32,000 nucleotides of DNA from Mucisphaera calidilacus (GTDB lineage: Bacteria; Planctomycetota; Phycisphaerae; Phycisphaerales; Phycisphaeraceae), in the NCBI RefSeq assembly GCF_007748075.1, contig NZ_CP036280.1:240001-272000 (forward strand). The letters run 5' to 3'. Positions within the stretch are counted from its first letter, which is position 1, and the number at the start of each line of letters is the position of its first letter. The notes beneath the pieces are model-generated. The model worked only from the letters and a program-made list of their open reading frames with translations, was not told the DNA's origin and ran no database searches. The translations under genes and the position numbers were made by a program. Below, in pieces: positions 27,641-32,000 of this stretch.

Positions 27641-27730
27641 AAAAACAGGCCCTTTTTGGACCAAAACGCCCCAAAACGGACGAAAACGAACCCAAAACGC
27701 TCGAAAACGACCCGAAACGAACCCGAAAAA
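27641..27730. repeat. helically phased A-tract array (predicted intrinsically curved DNA)
   Basis: A4-5 tracts start at 27641, 27663, 27673, 27683, 27694, 27704, 27715 (A3) and 27726, most as AAAACG. From 27663 on the spacing is 10, 10, 11, 10, 11, 11 nt. A T5 tract lies at 27653. Confidence 0.7.
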
Positions 27731-27784
27731 GTGTAAATTCCTGCAAAGTCGTCAGACTGTGCGCGCCGCAACCCCCACAAAAGA

Positions 27785-27810
27785 AGCCCCGGCCGAAATC
27801 GACCGGGGCT
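27785..27810 (-). terminator. orphan rho-independent terminator on the minus strand
   Basis: AGCCCCGG / CCGGGGCT 8-bp stem with a 10-nt loop. On the minus strand it is followed by CTTCTTTTGTG. It lies about 375 nt downstream of the nearest minus-strand stop (28183). Confidence 0.45.
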
Positions 27811-28182
27811 GCCTCTCCCTCGTCCACACCCCCACCTCCCCCCCCTCGGAGAGAAGAAAGAGCAAAACACGCCGTGCGTCCATTACCCCGTCACACAAGG
27901 GTCGGCTGACATAAAGACATTCAAAGTAATCTTTTATGCCAGTAAGACTAAACCGGGGTACTCCGTGACGGCGTATCCCGGGTGGGTCAGGGGTCCTTCT
28001 CAAGTTCCGGGCCGGCCTCGAGATCAGCGGCAGACGTCACCCGTCGCCCGCCAGCCTCCCTCTCAGGCAGCCATGCCCAAAATTCCCTGACAATAAAGGG
28101 TTACGAGCCTCCACCCGACGCCCTGCGCGACGCAGACGAAAAAACCCCCAGGCCGCGCAGACGGCACAACAGACCGCCAGCA

Positions 28183-30549
28183 TCAATCCAGCGAGCTCAG
28201 GATCATCGACGTGAAGTCATTCATGTAACTGTGTTTATGCGCCTGCTTACGCAGCCACTCCGCCTGCCGCGGGTGTGTCTGCGCCAATGCCAGATACGTC
28301 AGCTGCAGCCGCTCGTACCCGAACGTGACCCGCAGTTCGACGCCGTTCGGCAGACGGACCGAGCTCTCCAGCAGGTCGGCCAACTCTTGCCCATCTGAAC
28401 CCGCGTCGCGCATAAAGACCTTGGCACGATTGAGTTGTGATTCGGCACGTTCATTCTGCCCCGCATCGCGCATCAGCACAAAAAGCAGCAGACGTTCGAA
28501 CGCGCTGTCCTCAACGATGCCCTGCTCGAGTAGATTCAGAGCGGTATCCCAGTCGCGATCGATCAGAGCATTCACGTAAGCATAGTTTTCGTCTTCGCTT
28601 GCGTGCGACAGCTCCGCGTAGGCGTCGAGATCGCCTCTGGCCTCGTGCATCGCAAGCGTCAGTTCGTTGGTGAGCGTGGTCGCGGTCTCCGGCTCGATCT
28701 CGGGGTTGAGTCGGCGGAGATCGCGCTGGAACCGGGCGATGACGCGCTCGGCCTCGCGTTCCTGACCGCTGGCGGCCAGCAGGGCGACGTGCTGGCGGGT
28801 GAGGTCGAAGTCGTAGTCATTCTCGTAGAGCCGGGCTTCGGTTTCGGCGATGAGTTGCTCGTAGTGGCCGCAGGCGAGTTTGAGGTCGTAGGCGAGGTTG
28901 GCGAAGGTACTGTTGTTCGGCATCGCGCGGGTCGAGCGATCGTTGGCTTCGAGGGCGGAGGCGAAGTAGCCCATGAGCTTGAGGCGGAAGGCTCGGGCGT
29001 GGTTGAGGTAGGGATGATCGGGATGGCGGGCGAGGCCGCGTTCGACCCGTTGTGCGGCGTGTTCGTGATCATTGATTGTGCGAGCGTAGAGGTAGATCAG
29101 GTCGGGGTTGTCCGGCTCGGCCTCGTGGCGTTGTCGGTATTCGGCGACGAGGTCGACCTCGGGCTGGGTGGATTCGATATAGGTCTGGTAGGCGCGGTGC
29201 CACTCGACAAGGACGGGGCGTGCTTCGAGGTGGGTCTGTGCGAGGCGGAGGAATTCGTCTTCGCCAAGGAGGCCGAGTGTGAAGGAGGGGACGTGTGGCT
29301 CGTTCGGCGTGTAGGTTGCGGCGCGTTCGAGGTATTCGGCCGTGGTCTCCATGCCGTACTCGTCGTGGAGGAAGCTGAGTTTTTCGCCGAGTTGTACGTT
29401 CCGGATGATGTTGCAGGCGGACTTCCAGACGACGCTCTGGTCGGAGGGTATGTCCATCTCGTCGGGGAGTTCGCGCATGGGGTAGTCGATGCCGGTGAGG
29501 TGGTGGAGTGTGGCGGGGGTGTGGATCTCGTATTCGTAGCCTTCGCCCAGCTTGGGGCGGATGGAGTAGGCGGCGTTTTCGTGGGTGACGAGTGCCATCT
29601 GGTCGGGGTTGATGACGTAGGTGTTTCGGCCGAGGACGCGGTCCCAGAAGGTGGTGTTGAGGTTGATGCGGGTGGCGGGGAACTGGAAATCGCCGGGCAC
29701 GGGTTCGACGGCGACTTCGCCGTAGGTGAGTTTGATCTTGGGGGTGCGGTTGGGTCGGAGCATGACGGTCTGCGTGTCGATCATGACTTTGTACGGCTCG
29801 CTGATGCCGCTGACGACGTAGACCTTGTCGGTGGTGTTGTCGAGGAGTGCCGCGACGCCGAAGATGAGCAGGGGGATGACAAAAAGCAGGACAAAGACGG
29901 CGGCGACGACGAGAAGGAAGGCGCGGTAGATGAAGCTGCGTTTGCGGCTGCCGGGCGCCCTGATCTTAACCTGCTTCGGGGCGCGTCCGGAGCGGAGGCT
30001 TTTCTCGAGTCGCTTGCGTCGCTGCCTGATGCTTTTCCTGAACTGGCGGGCTCGTTCGGGGTAGAGCTGTTCGTGTCGGTCGAGTTGGTCGAGCGCGGCT
30101 TGCGCGTCGCCTAGCCTGGTGTAGGCATCGGTGAGCTGGATGAGCAGAGCGCCGGCTTCTTCGGCCTGCTGGCTGACGAGTTCGTCGGTATGGGCCTGGG
30201 CCTCTTCGATCTGGTTGGTCTGGATGAGGACTTCGATGAGTTGTAGGAGGGTTTGCTTGTCGTGGCTGAGGGCGAGTGATGCGGAGAGTGCGTCGAGGGC
30301 GAGCTCGTCTACGCATCGGTTGTAGGCGACGGCGGCGGCGAGGCGGAGGGTGTCGGGGTTGTCGGACTGCTCGTCGATCACGCTTTGGAGCATGGGCTTT
30401 TTCTGTTGATCGCTCATGCAGGTGACGGCGAGTTCGAGAAGCTCGCGTGCGTACTCGGCGGTGGGGCTGTTCTCGTAGTTCTGTTTGACGGACGGCCAGC
30501 GGACGTCGTGGAGCTGTTCCCAGTCACGGTGCGGGACCATGGTGCCCAT
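28183..30549 (-). CDS. large membrane protein with TPR-like helical repeat regions on both sides of a central TM segment (minimal ORF; see the upstream extension 30550-30738)
   Basis: 788-aa track ORF. A basic stretch plus a hydrophobic segment (RKRSFIYRAFLLVVAAVFVLLFVIPLLIFGVAALL) is flanked by helical repeat-like sequence with a beta-rich insert after the TM. No Shine-Dalgarno sequence precedes the ATG at 30549, unlike most genes here. Confidence 0.85.
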   Translation of the reverse strand: MGTMVPHRDWEQLHDVRWPSVKQNYENSPTAEYARELLELAVTCMSDQQKKPMLQSVIDEQSDNPDTLRLAAAVAYNRCVDELALDALSASLALSHDKQTLLQLIEVLIQTNQIEEAQAHTDELVSQQAEEAGALLIQLTDAYTRLGDAQAALDQLDRHEQLYPERARQFRKSIRQRRKRLEKSLRSGRAPKQVKIRAPGSRKRSFIYRAFLLVVAAVFVLLFVIPLLIFGVAALLDNTTDKVYVVSGISEPYKVMIDTQTVMLRPNRTPKIKLTYGEVAVEPVPGDFQFPATRINLNTTFWDRVLGRNTYVINPDQMALVTHENAAYSIRPKLGEGYEYEIHTPATLHHLTGIDYPMRELPDEMDIPSDQSVVWKSACNIIRNVQLGEKLSFLHDEYGMETTAEYLERAATYTPNEPHVPSFTLGLLGEDEFLRLAQTHLEARPVLVEWHRAYQTYIESTQPEVDLVAEYRQRHEAEPDNPDLIYLYARTINDHEHAAQRVERGLARHPDHPYLNHARAFRLKLMGYFASALEANDRSTRAMPNNSTFANLAYDLKLACGHYEQLIAETEARLYENDYDFDLTRQHVALLAASGQEREAERVIARFQRDLRRLNPEIEPETATTLTNELTLAMHEARGDLDAYAELSHASEDENYAYVNALIDRDWDTALNLLEQGIVEDSAFERLLLFVLMRDAGQNERAESQLNRAKVFMRDAGSDGQELADLLESSVRLPNGVELRVTFGYERLQLTYLALAQTHPRQAEWLRKQAHKHSYMNDFTSMILSSLD

Positions 30550-30738
30550 TTTGCATTGCGGGCATTCGCCGAGGATGCGTTTTCGGCCGAGGGGGATCAG
30601 CGGGAGGAGGTAGAAGCAGAAGTAGCGAGAGGTGTCGTAGTCGCGTAGGAGGCCGTTGTGGCCTCAGTGATCGCAGGTGTCTCTGTGCAGCAGGAAGTTC
30701 TTCTGGTTGAGATTCTTAATGCCCCAGACAATCAGCAT
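30550..30738 (-). other. in-frame N-terminal extension of the membrane/TPR gene encoding a zinc-ribbon plus hydrophobic hairpin, interrupted by one TGA (30666-30664)
   Basis: ATG at 30738, preceded by AGGGG and an in-frame stop two codons upstream. It reads MLIVWGIKNLNQKNFLLHRDTCDH-TGA-GHNGLLRDYDTSRYFCFYLLPLIPLGRKRILGECPQCK and runs straight into the ATG at 30549 in the same frame. With Cys at the TGA this would be CxxCG...RYF.FYLLPLIPL...CxxC. Confidence 0.55.
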
Positions 30739-30888
30739 GCGTCAACCCCTTTCGGGGATCATCATACAGGGAGATCGTTTGAGTGTGTCGGGCTGGCGTG
30801 AGGCGTGTGTGAGGGTATGCGTTGTTACTTGTCGCGACCCTACTGCGCTTGCGCGGTGGAGGGCTAAGGCGTGTGCTGCGATTCCGGT

Positions 30889-32000
30889 TCAGGCGCTGCG
30901 TCGCCTGGCGAGGGCGAGGCCGGTGAGGGCGAGTGTGACGAGTGAGTTGGGTTCGGGGATGAGGTGGAAGGTGACTTCGCCTGTGGTCATGAGGCTGGAG
31001 GTGTCGAAGCTGCCGGGGCCGTGGTACTCGATGGCGTCGAAGGTGCCGGTGATGTCGGCGTGGGTCCAGTCGAAGAGCTGGTAGGTGACGCCGTCGAGGA
31101 GCAGGAGGTCTGCGAGCGTGAGGTCGTCGTCGAACTCGAGGATCAGGGTGCCGGCGATCTGGACGGGGGTTTGCGGGTCGGCGAAGGTGATGGTGGAGCC
31201 CCAGTCCTTGTCGGCGAAGACGAGGTGGATGGCGGCGGTGGGCGTCATGATCAGTCGTTCGTGGAAGGTGATGGGGATGGGCTGGTCGTGTGATTTCGGC
31301 TGGTAGTCCCAGATATAGGCTTCGTCGTGGAGGAGCTGGAATCCCTGGAAGGAGCCGTCGGGGCCGATGTAGGTGGCATTGCCTTGAAGGCTGCTCAGTT
31401 GCTCGGGGGTGAGGTTGGTCGCTCCGCGGAAGTCGACAAGTGAGAGTTTGGTCAGCAGGAAGCTGGCCTGATCGAGGTTGGTATTGGTGAGGTTGGTGCT
31501 GTGGAGTGTGGCAACGAAGAAGTTGCTGTGTGCGAGGTTGGCGCCGGCGAGGTCCCAGCCGGAGAGGTCGTGGCCTTCGAGGCCGAGCCCCGGCAGATGG
31601 CCCTGTTGGTAGCTGAGAGTGCTTTCGAGCATGTCGCGGGTGAGTTTGTTGTGGCTGGATGCCGTCGTGTTGAAGTTGGCATAGGCGATGGTGGCGTTCG
31701 TGATGACGATGCCGGTGGTGTTGGTTTCGCTGAGGTCGAGGCGGTCGAGGTTGAAGCCGCTGAGGTCGAGTCCGGTGAGGCTGATGGCGGGGAGCGTGAT
31801 GCCTGAGAGGTCGCGGTGCTGGTAGCTGCGGGTGCTCAGGAGTTTTTGTTGTGAGAAGCCCGTGGTGTCTTTGAGGTTGACGCCCGTGATGGAACTGTTG
31901 GTGAAGTTCGTGGTGGCGAGGTCGGTCTCTTTGAGGCTGGCGTTGGTGAGGTCGACGTCGGTGAAGTCGGTGTTGTGCAGGGTGGCCTTGTCGAGTTTGG
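30889..32000 (-). CDS. pentapeptide-repeat protein, paralogue of 23719-27558, with the same pre-anchor domain and a canonical PEP-CTERM tail (partial; N-terminus beyond the right window edge)
   Basis: The track lists only 30889-31632, but the same frame stays open to position 32000 when translated by hand (...KLDKATLHNTDFTDVDLTNASLKETDLATTNFTNSSITGVNLKDTTGFSQQKLLSTRSYQHRDLSGITL...). It ends IPEPNSLVTLALTGLALARRRSA. Confidence 0.9.
   Translation of the reverse strand, partial: KLDKATLHNTDFTDVDLTNASLKETDLATTNFTNSSITGVNLKDTTGFSQQKLLSTRSYQHRDLSGITLPAISLTGLDLSGFNLDRLDLSETNTTGIVITNATIAYANFNTTASSHNKLTRDMLESTLSYQQGHLPGLGLEGHDLSGWDLAGANLAHSNFFVATLHSTNLTNTNLDQASFLLTKLSLVDFRGATNLTPEQLSSLQGNATYIGPDGSFQGFQLLHDEAYIWDYQPKSHDQPIPITFHERLIMTPTAAIHLVFADKDWGSTITFADPQTPVQIAGTLILEFDDDLTLADLLLLDGVTYQLFDWTHADITGTFDAIEYHGPGSFDTSSLMTTGEVTFHLIPEPNSLVTLALTGLALARRRSA

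Noticed and set aside
27622-27909. 95-aa plus-strand ORF covering the A-tract array (with 27402-27827 and 27532-27870 on the minus strand).
   Set aside because: The translation is a lysine/proline/glutamate-rich artefact of the AAAACG repeats. There is no ribosome-binding site and the codon pattern is not gene-like.
27908-27942. CATAA...TTATG dyad as a possible dif / XerCD site, which would imply a terminus.
   Set aside because: The arms are separated by roughly 12-19 nt rather than the 6-nt central region of dif, and the arm sequences do not match the XerC/XerD consensus beyond these pentamers.
27975-28060. GGGUCAGGGGUCC...CCGGGCC segment vaguely reminiscent of the SRP RNA domain IV; other known RNAs (RNase P, 6S) were also considered.
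   Set aside because: The GGAA tetraloop and the flanking AGCA/GGA symmetric-loop motif of SRP RNA are absent. No GGAAAGUCCGG-type RNase P P4 motif occurs on either strand.
27559-28182. DnaA-box cluster that would confirm an origin.
   Set aside because: Only weak single matches to TTATCCACA were found (for example CGTCCACAC near 27830 and TTGTGCGCA near 27622). This is not enough to call DnaA boxes, so the origin idea rests on skew and DNA architecture only.
28603-30114. 503-aa plus-strand ORF rich in G/V/E/D. Similar minus-strand ORFs occur at 5254-6357, 7909-9102 and 3392-3997.
   Set aside because: These are antisense shadows of the TPR-like gene, rmuC, the permease and nusG respectively. 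Their composition is repetitive Gly/Val/Asp/Glu with no motifs.
30664-30666. Outright call of a selenoprotein at the in-frame TGA.
   Set aside because: This is kept as a finding only. No canonical SECIS-like stem-loop at the usual distance is visible, a zinc-ribbon ligand position is an unusual place for selenocysteine, and a simple TGC-to-TGA error or mutation is at least as likely.

Overview
GC-rich bacterial chromosomal window. The gene content suggests a Planctomycetota / Phycisphaerae-like organism: several PEP-CTERM anchored proteins, an RRM protein with an RGG tail, a long SecE, NusG with an acidic N-terminal extension, and giant pentapeptide-repeat proteins. This lineage call is inference only, since no database search was possible. 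About 28 protein-coding genes are supported.

Gene order, left to right:
- 1-1265: end of a probable integrated element, holding a nucleotidyltransferase-fold two-gene module and bounded by a tRNA 3-prime remnant with its terminator.
- 1419-6333: URO-D family enzyme, RRM RNA-binding protein, secE-nusG, a hypothetical protein, rmuC.
- 6334-7688: lower-GC islet with a small Ada-like zinc protein and a HigB/HigA-type toxin-antitoxin pair.
- 7685-9360: a small conserved hypothetical protein and a MacB/FtsX-type permease.
- 9492-23323: a minus-strand block of PEP-CTERM proteins, nitroreductase, TlpA-like redoxin fusion, alanine dehydrogenase, Zn-alcohol dehydrogenase, DUF900-like lipoprotein hydrolase and pullulanase, interrupted only by a plus-strand MBL-fold hydrolase.
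- 23719-32000: a 1279-aa pentapeptide-repeat protein (+) and a paralogue (-, partial) that bracket a 623-nt structured noncoding gap and a large membrane/TPR-like gene.

No rRNA, intact tRNA, CRISPR array or transposase was seen.

Most notable observations:
1. Synonymous codon choice follows the absolute DNA strand rather than the gene. This polarity flips at about 27.6-28.8 kb, which makes that region a candidate origin or replichore boundary, and it lies next to a helically phased A-tract array.
2. The paired pentapeptide / PEP-CTERM proteins share an uncharacterised pre-anchor domain. Their coding DNA forms an inverted repeat.
3. An in-frame TGA sits exactly where a zinc-ribbon cysteine is expected at the true N-terminus of the membrane/TPR gene.

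Many long ORFs in the supplied track are antisense or off-frame shadows of these GC-rich genes and were not called.
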